DNA from: an uncultured cyanobacterium
Lineage (GTDB): Bacteria > Cyanobacteriota > Cyanobacteriia > Cyanobacteriales > CAWUOF01
Direction: 5' to 3'
Length of the DNA stretch: 64,000 nt
Assembly (NCBI GenBank): GCA_963744145.1
Contig: CAVUSO010000001.1
Span: forward strand, 5,888,001 to 5,952,000
A program made the translations under genes and the position numbers. Shown here piece after piece: positions 40,780-52,521 of this stretch (positions are counted from its first letter, which is position 1; every line of letters begins with the position of its first letter). Below the pieces are notes generated by a model. That model was not told where the DNA came from and ran no database searches. It was given only the letters and a program-made list of their open reading frames with translations.

Positions 40780-42224
40780 GATTGATCACCACCTGTTTGT
40801 TCTTTAATTTTTACCGTTGAACCTGGTTTCAGTCTCAGCTGTCCATCTATAACTATTTTCTCTCCTGGTTCAATTCCTTTTTCGATCACCGCTTCTCCGG
40901 CTACAGTTCTGCTAACAACTACAGAGCGATTTTCTACACTTAAATCTGGTTTAACTACAAAAACATACTGACCTTTTTGTCCAGTTTGAATTGCTTGACT
41001 TGGCACTACCAAAGTATTACGTTCTTGACTTAAATCAAGGATAACATTCACAAATAATCCCGGCCAAAGTTTAGAGTTTAAATTATCAAAAGTCGCTTTC
41101 AATTTGACTGTTCCGGTGGAACTATCTACGGCATTATCAATAAAAGTGAGAGTTCCTTCTAAGGGATTCTTTTCACTTTTAGGGATAATTGCTTTGACTT
41201 TTAAGTTGCCGCTATCCATATATTGTCTAATTAATGGCAACTGTTGTTGAGGCACAGGAAAAGTCACATAAATTGGATTAATTTGTTTGAGTTCGACCAG
41301 AGGTGTTTTATTAGCTTCAACCACATTACCTGAATTAGTTAAAATGCTACCAGCTCTGCCATCATCAGGAGCATAAATAGAAGTATAACTCAGGTTTACT
41401 TTCGCATTTTCTACTAACGCCAAATCTGCTTGAACTACTGCTTCGGCATTTTCCACCGCAGCCGCACTTGCTTCTACCGCAGCTTTAGCATTTTCCACTG
41501 CTGCTGAACTTTGTCCCACCACAGCTTTAGCATTTTCCACTGCTGCTGAACTTTGTCCTACTGTCGCTTTAGCATTTTCTAGACCAGCCTCTCCTGCTAA
41601 ACTAGAAGCATTTAAAGCTTCCGAATTCGATTGATATTGGTCATATTGATTTTTACTAATTACTCCCTGTGTAACGAGTTCTGCATAACGACGCGCTTCT
41701 GATTCTGCTTGAGCAGATTGGGCTTTATTCCTGATTAAATTAGCTTCTGATTGTTTAACCTGAGCCATATCTGCGGTTACTTTGGCTTGAGCCTGTTTAA
41801 TTTGGGCCATATCTGCGGTTACTTTGGCTTCAGCCTGATTTACTTGGGCTTTATCCGCAGCTAATTTAGCTTTTGCTTGATTGACTTGAGCCAAATCTTT
41901 AGCTAGAGTGGCTTGGGCTTGACTCAAAGCCGCTTCAAACGGTCGCGCATCCATCTTAAACAGCAAATCTCCTTTTTTGACATCATCCCCTTGGGTGAAA
42001 TAAATGCTTTTTATTTCCCCATCTACTCGAGATTTCACTGATACAGTAGAATAAGCTTCGACTGTGCCCATTCCCTGCACCTGCAATGGCACCGTTTTTT
42101 GACTAGCCGTGACCACAACTACAGGTACAGCCTCTTTTGGTGCTATGGGTTTGGTATTGGCGATCGATGTGCCACAAGCGGAGAGAAAGGTCAAACCAAT
42201 AATGGCTAAACTGCGAGGTTTCAT
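40776..42224 (-). CDS. RND periplasmic adaptor (MFP) with extended alpha-hairpin
   Basis: V.SRVDG, G.DVKKG, IYAP.DG, DNAVD..TGT; likely start MKPRSL with lipobox-like LSAC (ORF open from 42296). Confidence 0.9.
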   Translation of the reverse strand: MKPRSLAIIGLTFLSACGTSIANTKPIAPKEAVPVVVVTASQKTVPLQVQGMGTVEAYSTVSVKSRVDGEIKSIYFTQGDDVKKGDLLFKMDARPFEAALSQAQATLAKDLAQVNQAKAKLAADKAQVNQAEAKVTADMAQIKQAQAKVTADMAQVKQSEANLIRNKAQSAQAESEARRYAELVTQGVISKNQYDQYQSNSEALNASSLAGEAGLENAKATVGQSSAAVENAKAVVGQSSAAVENAKAAVEASAAAVENAEAVVQADLALVENAKVNLSYTSIYAPDDGRAGSILTNSGNVVEANKTPLVELKQINPIYVTFPVPQQQLPLIRQYMDSGNLKVKAIIPKSEKNPLEGTLTFIDNAVDSSTGTVKLKATFDNLNSKLWPGLFVNVILDLSQERNTLVVPSQAIQTGQKGQYVFVVKPDLSVENRSVVVSRTVAGEAVIEKGIEPGEKIVIDGQLRLKPGSTVKIKEQTGGDQS

Positions 42225-42371
42225 GAAAAAAAATGGCTGATGGGAAATACCCCAGTTGATTTGCTTAAACATAAACAAGGTTTCCTTAAGATGCAAAAGC
42301 TTGATCAGACAAGGTTTTGGCGATTAGTGAGCAGTGCTTACTGACGTTAAGGAAAGCATGAATCGAGATAT

Positions 42372-42386
42372 GTTAGATATACTAAC
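42372..42386. promoter_or_regulatory. Candidate MarR operator GTTAG-N5-CTAAC
   Basis: Palindrome between divergent marR and efflux genes; weaker half-match TTAG-N4-CCAA follows. Confidence 0.4.
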
Positions 42387-42423
42387 TATTAGCATACCAA
42401 ATTTTGACGAAGAGAGTGCACAA

Positions 42424-42876
42424 ATGCAAAGAATTGCTTCGGAAGTAACTCCCGAAGAATGTGCTGGAGAGATTTTAGAAGTGGTTCCCCTAATTATGCG
42501 TTTTATCCGCGCTGAGATGAGGAGTCAGGGACAATCAGTGCTATCAGTGCCCCAATTACGCGCCATGTTTTTTTTAAACAGGTTTCCTGGTTCTTGTTTA
42601 TCTAATGTTGCAGAGCATTTGGGTGTGACTAAAGCAACTGCTTCAACTTTAGTAGATAAGTTGGTGCATAAAGATTTGATTCATCGGATTGAAAATCCTC
42701 AAGAGCGTCGTCGTCATATTTTAACCTTGACTGATTCTGGTAATTTAATTGTTCAGCAAGCCCGACAAGCGACCCGATCGCGCATTGCTAGTGCTTTAAC
42801 TCATCTTTCAGAAAATCAACTGGCTCAAATTAAGAAAGGGCTAATTTTATTAGGAGACATATTTCAAGATAAATAA
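42424..42876 (+). CDS. MarR family transcriptional regulator
   Basis: LS.PQ, VAEHLGVTKATAS..VD.LV, ERR..LTLT..G; start at MQRIAS preferred. Confidence 0.9.
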   Translation: MQRIASEVTPEECAGEILEVVPLIMRFIRAEMRSQGQSVLSVPQLRAMFFLNRFPGSCLSNVAEHLGVTKATASTLVDKLVHKDLIHRIENPQERRRHILTLTDSGNLIVQQARQATRSRIASALTHLSENQLAQIKKGLILLGDIFQDK

Positions 42877-43000
42877 TATAACTTGTGACCTTTCAGCGTG
42901 CAGCATGTGGTTTGAAAAAATGGACTTTAACTTCCTGAGCAGCTAAGGATTTAGCAAAGAAATAGTTATAATAAAAACAATAGTTACCAGAACAAATTCT

Positions 43001-43429
43001 ATGAATATCCAGTCTTTACTTAATAAATCAGGTGATTTGGATCAGTTAAATTACTTAGTCCTGATTGAAGAAAAAGCCGGATTGTATAGTGCGACAGTGT
43101 GGGGCTTACCTGATTGTAAAGCTAGTGGTGTGACTCGTGAGGAAGCGTTGAAAAATATTCATCAGCTTTTAATAGTGCGTTTAGAAAAAACGGAAATAGT
43201 TTCTTTAGAAATCGAACTACCAAAACCTGAACATCCTTGGATGAAATTTGCTGGTAAATATAAAGACGATCCGTATTTCGATGAAATGCTAGAAGATATC
43301 AAAGTCCTTCGTCAAGAACGGGATGCAGAATTGGCAGCTTATTACCGTCAACTTGATACCCAGGCAGGGTTAGCGCATCTAATTTTGTCACCGAGGATAC
43401 AGAATATTTTCATCAAATATGAAATATAG
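43001..43429 (+). CDS. HicB-like antitoxin, 3' end altered by ISAs1 insertion
   Basis: Y.ATV.GLPDC.A.G.TREEAL.N, HPWMKFAG..KDDP.F; last about 21 codons are read from the IS end. Confidence 0.75.
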   Translation: MNIQSLLNKSGDLDQLNYLVLIEEKAGLYSATVWGLPDCKASGVTREEALKNIHQLLIVRLEKTEIVSLEIELPKPEHPWMKFAGKYKDDPYFDEMLEDIKVLRQERDAELAAYYRQLDTQAGLAHLILSPRIQNIFIKYEI

Positions 43430-44821
43430 CCATCGAGATCAGAACATCACAAATCTGGTAGAGAAAATAGTTGACAAAAGAGCATAGAGAGTGGTAGGTG
43501 AAAAACTATACCGTCCAACTCATAATCTCCAGGAATATTCAAATGTCTCAAGGGTTCGATATCAATATAGCTAATGCTAAACAAAACTCCCATTCTGCTA
43601 GGAAAAACCAAGTAGTAGCTGACTTGATGGAAATACAACAGAGTTTAGTCAAGCATTTTGAAGATGTTGAAGACCCGAGAGTAAACCGAACAAAAAAACA
43701 CTTATTGATAGACATTTTAGTGATGGCAATTCTGGCCATAATAGCTGGAGCACAAGGCTGGGAAGACATTGAGAATTATGGGATTAGTAAACAAATTTGG
43801 CTAGAAGAGTTTTTAGAATTACCCAATGGTATTCCCTCAGATGATACCTTTCGTCGAGTATTTGAAAGTATTAACCCCAACCAATTGGAGCAATGTTTTC
43901 AAGCTTGGGTAAACACCTTAGTTACTCAAATGGGAGGAGAAGTAATTGCCATAGATGGGAAGACTGTCAGAGGTTCCTATGACCGAAATCAAGGACAATC
44001 AGCATTACATTTGATTAGTGCGTGGGCTAGTGAACAACGATTAGTTTTAGCACAAATGAAAGTCCAAGATAAATCCAATGAAATTACAGCTATTCCAGCA
44101 TTACTAGAGTTACTTGATATCGCTGGCTCAATTATTACTATTGATGCGATGGGGACCCAAACCGAAATTGCTCAAAAGATTATTGATAAAAAAGCTGATT
44201 ATATTCTGACACTTAAAGCCAATCATCCAACTTTACATAATCAGGTACAACAATTCTTCCAAACTGCACAGAAAAATAATTTTTCAGGAATTGATTTCAC
44301 TCATGACAAACGGATTGAGAAAGGGCATCATCGGGTGGAAATTCGTGAAGTTTGGGTGCTCCCTATTACGGCCATTCCTGACCTTTACCAACCCAAATTA
44401 TGGGCAGGTTTAAAAAGTATTGTCATCATTCATCGTATCCGTCATCTTTGGAACAAAACTACTTGCGAGACTCAATACTATCTTACTTCTTTAGACAACA
44501 ATGCTGAATTCATAGGTCGAGCTATTCGTCAACATTGGGAAATCGAAAATTCTGCACACTGGACTTTAGATTGTACTTTTTTTGAAGATAGCTGTCGCAT
44601 TCGTTCTTTTCACAGTCCTCGTAACTTTTCTCTGCTCAGACGATTAGCTCTCAACGCTCTTAATCGCGAGTCAACTTACAAACGCAGTTTACGCCAGAAA
44701 AGTAAACGCGCTGCTATGGATAATAATTATATGCTCCAAATCCTCCTTTCTTGTTTCTCTGAGTCTACATTAGATCCTTCTTAATCCTTGTGTCAAGCCT
44801 AATTGAGATGCTCTTACCCTG
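43365..44821 (+). mobile_element. Complete ISAs1-family insertion sequence (1457 bp)
   Basis: TIRs CAGGGTTAGCGCATCT / AGATGCTCTTACCCTG; perfect 10-bp duplication GATACCCAGG at 43355-64 and 44822-31. Confidence 0.95.
43543..44784 (+). CDS. ISAs1 family transposase
   Basis: DPR, GIPSDDT, IAIDGKT.RGS, KSNEITAIP, TIDAMG, HWEIEN..HW.LD..F.ED. Confidence 0.96.
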   Translation: MSQGFDINIANAKQNSHSARKNQVVADLMEIQQSLVKHFEDVEDPRVNRTKKHLLIDILVMAILAIIAGAQGWEDIENYGISKQIWLEEFLELPNGIPSDDTFRRVFESINPNQLEQCFQAWVNTLVTQMGGEVIAIDGKTVRGSYDRNQGQSALHLISAWASEQRLVLAQMKVQDKSNEITAIPALLELLDIAGSIITIDAMGTQTEIAQKIIDKKADYILTLKANHPTLHNQVQQFFQTAQKNNFSGIDFTHDKRIEKGHHRVEIREVWVLPITAIPDLYQPKLWAGLKSIVIIHRIRHLWNKTTCETQYYLTSLDNNAEFIGRAIRQHWEIENSAHWTLDCTFFEDSCRIRSFHSPRNFSLLRRLALNALNRESTYKRSLRQKSKRAAMDNNYMLQILLSCFSESTLDPS

Positions 44822-44845
44822 GATACCCAGGGGATGTAAAGTGAG

Positions 44846-44907
44846 TCTTCGCTAGTAGCTTCGTGGATGTAGAAGGGAGCTATAAAGCTGGTATCTAAGT
44901 AAATCAA
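44846..44907 (-). pseudogene. N-terminal remnant of a VapC/PIN toxin
   Basis: TTG start overlapping the antitoxin stop; MIYLDTSFIAPFYIHEATSE matches the PIN N-terminus, rest absent. Confidence 0.7.
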
Positions 44908-45419
44908 TACCTAGCCTCACTGCGTAGAGTTTGCAAAGTTTCTAGGCTACTGGTAGCAGCTATTGGTTGGTTTCTCCTTAGATGAGAGCGGGATTTCAGC
45001 TTTCCCTTAATTTGATCGTTAATGGTTGAACGATCGATTAATTCTTGCCTAATACCAATTAACTATGAAATTGCACTTAATCTGAGGTTGATCTGTTAGG
45101 TCAGGGCAGGTTTATAATGGTGATCTGTTGGTGGCAAAATTGACTGGTGAACCTGCCCCTACCAATTTTATCCTCAATTTGCGGATTTCTGTAGGGGTGG
45201 GTTCACCGAGATGTTTGACATTTACCTACTAATCATCAAAACCCACCCTCACCCACAGATCAATCTTATCAATGTATCTTCATAGTGAATTGGTATAATA
45301 GTGGATAATTTAGCGATCGCCTTTCCTTGACGAGTAATAATCACTTCTTCTCCCCGTTCCACCTGATTGAGAATTTGATTCATCCTAGCCTGAAAATCAG
45401 TAACACTTAATTCTATCAT
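44904..45419 (-). pseudogene. Phd/YefM antitoxin interrupted by a MITE
   Basis: AAGGAG RBS; MIELSVTDFQARMNQILNQVERGEEVIITRQGKAIAKL; removing the MITE and one TAA restores an 89-aa ORF ending LRSEARY. Confidence 0.85.
45053..45295. mobile_element. 243-bp MITE, TACCAATT family, copy 2
   Basis: TIRs as copy 1; TAA at 45050-52 and 45296-98. Confidence 0.9.
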
Positions 45420-45484
45420 AACAGGATCTCCTTAAAAGCTAAATTAGCTGGCAGCATTTAGGCTTGCTATTTGCACGATCTCTT

Positions 45485-45541
45485 TTAAATTATCCTATCA
45501 CGAGGTTCGTCATCAACAATCAAAATGCAAGGTAAATTCAT
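45485..45541 (-). pseudogene. Truncated response-regulator N-terminus
   Basis: MNLPCILIVDDEP then stop after five more codons; near copy of the start of 45606-46748. Confidence 0.65.
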
Positions 45542-45605
45542 TTTTGATCCTTAGTATTATAAATTATGATACTTTTTCATGTCTCATTTGAAAACGCTGT
45601 ATGAT

Positions 45606-46748
45606 CTAGTCCACTAATGGTAATTTAATCTCAACAGTAGTTCCTTGTTGATCAAGATTTGAAATTGATAATATACCTCCATATATTTTTAGTATAGTCG
45701 CCACTATTTTTAAACCTAAGCCAATGCCCTGTTGTTCATATAGTTTACGTTTAAATTGTCTAAAAGCTCCGATGTTAGCAATTTCTTCATCAGTCATCGT
45801 TCTACCTTGATTGCTAACTGTCAGATAAAAGCTATGATCAATAGCTTTACTGATTATTGTCACTGGAGTTCCTGGTTGAGAAAATTTGAAGGCATTTTCA
45901 ATGATTTCATTGAGGATATTCTGGAAATCTTTTTGATTGATAGCTGGTTCACCATTGTCTAAATCAAAGATCAAATCATCTAGACGACCAGATTGTTTGG
46001 CTTTATTTTCAATCAGATCGACAATGAATATTTTGTTAGGAATTTCCAGCAGTTTAATCTCCTTACTGTCAGGAGTATTGATTTGTTGAGTTTTGATTTC
46101 TAACTGGGTATAGGTTAGGAATTTTTGAGTTAACTTGTGGAGTCTGATGGCTGATTTATAGGATAATTGTAAGAACTCATAGACTTCTTCTGCGTCCATA
46201 TTCTTATGGTCTTCGATTAAGAATTCTAGACCGCCTAAAATTCCATTGAGAGGAGTATTGAATTCATGGGGGACACTAGAGGCTATATTACCGCTTAACT
46301 CTTGTAAATTCCTTTCTAAAATATTAATGGTATCTCTTTGCAATTCGGAAAATTTCTGAATTTCGTCATATTGTTGCTTAATGCGTAGCATGGACTTAAC
46401 TCTAGCACGAAGTTCCAGCCCATTGACAGGTTTACTGAGAAAATCGGTTGCACCTGCATTGAGACATCGGGCTAACTCTTCTTTTGCGGTTAGTGCTGTC
46501 ACTATGACAATGGGAATTGTTTGCCATTTGAGGTTAGCTTTAATCTTAGAACAGACTTCAATCCCATCCATTTCTGGCATCATGACATCTAATAAGATGA
46601 GATCAATTGGTATAACTTCTAGGGATTCAAAAGCTTCTTGTCCACTGGAAGCGTATTGTAATTCGTAATCTTCCTCGTTTAAAAGGGCTTCGATGACATC
46701 AAAATTAGCAGTCTCATCATCAACAACTAAAATACAGGGTAAATTCAT
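45606..46748 (-). CDS. REC-HisKA-HATPase hybrid protein
   Basis: ILVVDD, LLDVMMP, FLSKP, HEFNTPL, NAFKFS, GIGLGL. Confidence 0.9.
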   Translation of the reverse strand: MNLPCILVVDDETANFDVIEALLNEEDYELQYASSGQEAFESLEVIPIDLILLDVMMPEMDGIEVCSKIKANLKWQTIPIVIVTALTAKEELARCLNAGATDFLSKPVNGLELRARVKSMLRIKQQYDEIQKFSELQRDTINILERNLQELSGNIASSVPHEFNTPLNGILGGLEFLIEDHKNMDAEEVYEFLQLSYKSAIRLHKLTQKFLTYTQLEIKTQQINTPDSKEIKLLEIPNKIFIVDLIENKAKQSGRLDDLIFDLDNGEPAINQKDFQNILNEIIENAFKFSQPGTPVTIISKAIDHSFYLTVSNQGRTMTDEEIANIGAFRQFKRKLYEQQGIGLGLKIVATILKIYGGILSISNLDQQGTTVEIKLPLVD

Positions 46749-49700
46749 GATTTTTTCGATTTTGCTAAGATTTCCTGAATTACAACTACAAGCTGACTCA
46801 GTTTGAGCGGTTTACTGAGATAGTCGTTTGCTCCTGCTTCTAAGCATTTTTCTTTGTCACCTTTCATTGCCAGGGCTGTTAGGGCAATAATTGGAATATT
46901 CGCTACTTGGCGATCGCTGTCTTGACGAAGCCGTTTAATCGCTTCTAAACCATCCATACCGGGCATCTGAATATCCATTAAAATTAAGTCTAGACTCTGT
47001 GATTTGGCGATCTCAATAGCCTCTTGACCATCTTTAGCTAAGATAATTTCATATCCTTTTGCCTTCAGATAACGAGAAATGGTAATAAGATTGGCTTGAT
47101 TATCTTCGGCTAACAGAATCAGAGTAGGTTCTGTGGATGAGGTGAGGGAATTTTGGTCATAATAGGTTGTGGGATAGTCAGAGTTAAGATTTTGTCCGAG
47201 AAAATCTTTATATGGTAAACTGAAGGCAAAGCAACTCCCGACACCAAATTCACTATTAACTTTAATCTGACCACCGTGCATTTCGACAATCTGTTTAACA
47301 AGGATCAGACCTAAGCCTGTACCTGCATATTGACGATTTAATGCGCTGTCAATTTGGACAAAGGGTTGAAAGAGTTTAGCAAGATTTTCTTGGGTAATTC
47401 CAATACCATTATCGGTGATGGCAAAGCAAACTTGGCTAGTGGGTACAGAGGAATCTAGTTTGTTTGATTCAATCCGGACTTTTAAGGATATTCTACCGCA
47501 TTCTTGAGTAAATTTAACAGCATTTGTGAGCAAGTTAATTAAGACTTGACGGATACGCCGTTCATCTACGAGTAAATCGGGCAAATAAGGGGGAATGTCG
47601 GTGTGAACCTTAATCTGCTTTTGCATTGCCTGTTGTTTGATAAAGACCAGACTAGAATCGCATAAATTTTTAATAGAAACATGGGTGTAATCGAGTTCGA
47701 TCTTTCCTGATTCAATTTTGGCCAGATCGAGAATATCATTAATTAAGGACAGGAGATGAGTGCCACTACTTTCAATGGTTTGGACTGAATTATGTTGTTT
47801 TTCGTTAAGTGTGCCAAAAACTTCCTCTTGAAGCGCTTCGGACATCCCTAAAATGGCATTGAGAGGAGTTCGCAATTCATGGCTCATATTGGCGAGAAAT
47901 TTGTCTTTAAGGCGGGTGGCATGGGCAAGTTCTTGATTGGTTTTTTCCAATTGTTCTTCATATTTTTTGCTCTTGCTAATATCCCGGAGGATTGTCGATA
48001 TCTCAATGATCTTGCCATATTTGTCTTTAATGGGAGAAACAGAAATCGAAACATAGATTAGGCTACCGTCTTTTCGCCGCCTGATTGTCTCGTAGTCTTT
48101 AATGGGTTTTCCTGCTCGAATTTGGGACAGAATATGATTTTCCTCGTCCCTATGATTGGGCGGGAAAAGTGTCGTTATATCTTGTCCTACTATTTCTTCA
48201 CTAGTGTAGCCAAATATTTTTTCTGCGCCTAAGTTCCAAGTGTTAATAATTCCATCTAAGGTTTTACTAATAATAGCATCCTCTGAGGATGCTACAATTG
48301 ATGCTAACCTAGCGCTGGATTCTTCTGCCTGTTTACGTTCAGTAATATCAGCCACAACGCCAATTATTTCTTGCTTTCCCATGTATAAATGGGGGGACAT
48401 CATGCCCCAGTATGTGACCCAGCGTATTTCACCATCTAATCTGTAAATTCGATATTCAGTCTGAAAAACTTTTCCTGCTTTTATACTATCGGCGATCGCC
48501 TGGATGACTTGCTCTCGATCTTCTGGATGGATCATTGCTATAAATGTAGCGCGATCGCTCGGACAATTACCCTGCACAAAACCAAATATTTCTTGAGTGC
48601 GATCGGATAAAATCAGTTCATCTGTGGTCAGATTATCAATCACAGTTCCCATCTTCGCCGCCGCCAAAGCTACTTGTAGCCTTACTTTTTCTGTGTTTAA
48701 TTTTTCCTGTGTCTGTTTGAGTTGGGTAATATCAAAATTAACCCCAAGCATACTTTCAGGATTACCCTGAGTATCCTTTACCAATAATCCGAACGCTTTG
48801 ATAAAGTGAATGCTGCCATCAGGATGCACCACCCGAAACTCGGTATTGTATTCTGCTTGTTCTAAGACGGCTTGCTGAAGTAGGGTTTCCGTAGGGATGC
48901 GGTCATCGGGATGGACTCCATTTGCCCAAACGTCATAGACAACAAGAGTTTCAGCTTGTTTAGGGAGTCCATAAAGTTCATACATCTGTTCATCCCAAAT
49001 AATTATATTGGTTCTAATATCCCATTCCCAATAACCCATCTTTCCAGATTTGAGTGCCAAGGTGAGACTATGGGATAATTGCTGGAGTTTCGCTTCGGTT
49101 TGTTTGCGTTGGCTAATATCTTTAGCGATACCTAAAAAACCGATAGTTTGTTGATTGATATCCTTAAGGGGGGAGATTGATAGCAATACGGGAAAGCGCG
49201 AGCCATCTTTACGGATGTAAGTCCATTCTTGCTCATAGATGATTCCTTCTCGACAAGGTGCAACAAAGACTTCAAATCCCGGTTCAATAGTGCGATTAAA
49301 CTGTTGGGAGAGGATTTGAGCTTGGTTGGCTACTTCTGTGCGATCGTGGATAATTTCTGGAGTGACTTTACCAATCATTTCTTCAGAACTATAACCGAGG
49401 AGCTTAGTTGCACCCAGATTAAAACTCTGAATGATGCCGTTAAGATCGGTGGAAATGATTGAATAATCAGCCCCATCCAGAATCGCTTTTTGGATAATAT
49501 TAAGTTTTAGGACTTCCTGGGTTTTTTGTCGCACCATATCTTCAAGGGATTGGTTAAATTCCTCTAGTGCCGATTTTGCTTGGGATAACTCTTGATTTCG
49601 TTGTTGTAAAGTTTCAGTTGCTCTGATTCTTTCTATTTCTACTTCGGCTCTTGAGGCAAAAACCCGTAAAATATCAGTAATATTGATTATTTGATTTGAA

Positions 49701-51902
49701 GTGCTGACATTTTCATACCAGAGCGCAATGTAACCTAAAGACTTTCCTGCTTGATTTTGGAGGGCTATACCTATATCACTTTTGGCATAAAGATAATCTA
49801 AATCTTCATCGATCGGATCGGTTTGAAATTGATTATTAGACAAATCAACTATTTTACAAAATACTCCATGATTAAATTCTGTAATCACAATCCGGTCTAG
49901 GTCAAAGGCGTTTTTAATATGTTCAGCCAGGGATAGGAAAAAGTCTTTTTCGGTGACGCTGGATGTTCCTGCAATCAGGTTTTCCAGAATTTTATAACTT
50001 TGTTTCTTTTCAGTAATATCGTTGATAGAGCCAATATAACCGATAAATTCACCGTTAGTATTATATTCTGGGATCGCTTGCATAAACACCCAAATTATTG
50101 AACCATCGGGGCGTTGATGGCGATATTCTGACTGAAAAAGACGATTTTCTTGAACCGCAAGATCCCATTCAAAAACAAATTTGTCTCGATCGTCAAAATG
50201 GATGGTTTGAATCCAACCTTTACCGAGGGCTTCTTCTTGGGTAAATTCTGTGAGCAAACACCAATATTCATTCACATAAATACTGTCGCCCTGTGGATCG
50301 ACGCGGAAAATACCAACGGGGACGGAATTGACTAGGGTGGCATAGAGATTTTGGCTCTCGCTCAGGGCTGCTTCGATTTTGCGTCTTTCTGCTAGTTCGG
50401 TTTCAATTTGTTGGTAAGCTGTTGCTTGTTTAATAGCGATCGCTAGTTGGGTGGAAATTTGTTGTAAAAAGTTTATTTCTTCAGGTTGCCATTGGCGTGG
50501 GCTATGGGTTTGGGAAGTACATAACAAGCCCCAAAGGGTTTGACCTTGTAGAATGGGAACGATAATTTTTGCCCGAATTCCCAAGTTTTCGAGTAACTCC
50601 CGATGACAATCGCTCATTTCAATGGTGTAGATGTCAGACACAACTCGAGCGTATCCATCTTGATATTTAATATGATCACTCCAGAAAACAAGGATCTTCA
50701 ACCCGTGTAAATATCTGTTCGGTGATGGCTTGTGCACAAATAACGAAACTATGATCTGACTGTAACTGCCAAATTACAGCGTGATCGCATTTAAGGCATG
50801 ATTGTAATTCTTCTACTGTTATCTTCAGAATTTCGTCTAAATTAAGGGATGAGCGAATCTGGGTAGCGATATTCTTGATTAATCGCTCTTGTTCAGCTTT
50901 AGCTTTGAGGGTAGCGGTTCGCTCCTCCACTTGCCTTTCTAGTTTCTGCGCCCGACTTTCCAGTAATTCTATTTTTTCGACTTCTAATTGTGCTACTTTT
51001 TCTTGTAAAGTTATGGCTAATTTATATAATTCTAGTGAGTTGAGTGACTGTAAAATGCTGGTCTGAGTAATAATTCCTTGTAGTTCACCTCGCTCCCCTG
51101 TTACGACCAAGTGCCGAGTCAATTGCTGCTGCATAATCTGCTGTGCGCTCAAGAGAGAATCATCCTTTCTCACTGAGACAGTCCACTTATTCATTACAAC
51201 ATGGGCTTGACAGGTTTCTACATTGAGGTCTAATGCGTGAAATTGAACGATATCTCGCTCTGTTACAAAGCCGATGGGAATCAATAAACCTTCTTGTGCT
51301 TCTACAATCACGACTGAACTGATCCGATGCTTCGCCATCAACTCAGCGATCGCTAAGATTGAAGTATGGGAAGACACTGTTACCACATCAGCAATCATCA
51401 CTTCTTTGACCATGCGTAACCCTAATAAATCTACCGGACGCAATGTTTGTCTTAAGGTTTCGTGGGTTAGCAGTCCGACAATGCGATCTTGCTCATTAAG
51501 CAGGGGTAAATGGCGAATTTTAAGTTGTTTGAGCAGGTTAATCGCCACAAACAAATCAGTAAAATCAGATTCATAGAGGGTGACAATCGGATGAGTCATT
51601 ACCTCACTGATGGGCAGACTATCTAAATGACGTTTCTGGCTACAGATTCGTACTATATCCCTTTCCGTAAAAATGCCTAATAATTGCTGATTTTTGACAA
51701 TTAAGACGCAACTTGATCGAGCTTCTATATGTAATTCTTCTAGTTGGTTATTGTTTATGCTAGAAGTCGAACACATAGAATGTACTGAACTCATTAGCGC
51801 GATCGCATCTCTCACTGTTGTATTGGGTGCAACAATTAGAGGATTATGGACAATGGCAGATTGTAATTCAGTTTGGGTAAGAGTAGTCGATGATATTAAC
51901 AT
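46745..51902 (-). CDS. Large hybrid kinase (CBS-GAF-multi-PAS-HisKA-HATPase-REC), split by a frameshift at about 50685-50688
   Basis: CBS motifs GIFTERD, GFVTERD; GAF EDPCF continues as WSDHIKYQDG..VVSDI in the next frame; SHELRTPLN; ILMDIQMP. Confidence 0.88.
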
Positions 51903-52191
51903 AATCTAAAATTATCTAATCTGTCCCTAGGGAGTTCACGGGGTCACAAGAGGGATAAAAGCCATACTCTGTTTAATATATGATGCCCACATTCCGCACT
52001 TCTTAACATTTAATTAATAATTTTTACTAAAATCGCTTGTGATCTTTTGACTGTAAGCATTTTTTTAGAGTATAACTATATATAAAAGTCTTAATATATA
52101 AGAAAACCTCTATTCCACATGATGATAAAGATCGCAATTCCATTGATATGATTTAATGGCATAAGTAAAGACCTAATATTTGGAGATAAAT

Positions 52192-52521
52192 ATGCAACCC
52201 GTGGCAACACCAGAACTAACGATCGAGCGAGTAAATCAAGCCATTGATGCAATTCTTAATGTTTTAGGTAATCCGGAAAATGATTTACATATCCAAGCCC
52301 ATACAGCGTTTAGTCATGGTGATCATCAGACCGTGAAGCGACTAGCCTCAACTAATTTATCCGATCACTATTGTAGAGCGTTGGGATATCTAGGAGGTGC
52401 CCTAAAATTGACACCTAATACCGATACTATTTTAGCAGAATCTGCACGAGCAGCAGCAGATTTTGCCAGAGAAAAAGTATTGCTAGAACTAGGGGATGCG
52501 ATCGCTAAGGCACTTAATTAG
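52192..52521 (+). CDS. Small hypothetical helical protein
   Basis: 109-aa ORF with GGAG RBS ahead of ATG 52192; no family recognised. Confidence 0.75.
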   Translation: MQPVATPELTIERVNQAIDAILNVLGNPENDLHIQAHTAFSHGDHQTVKRLASTNLSDHYCRALGYLGGALKLTPNTDTILAESARAAADFAREKVLLELGDAIAKALN

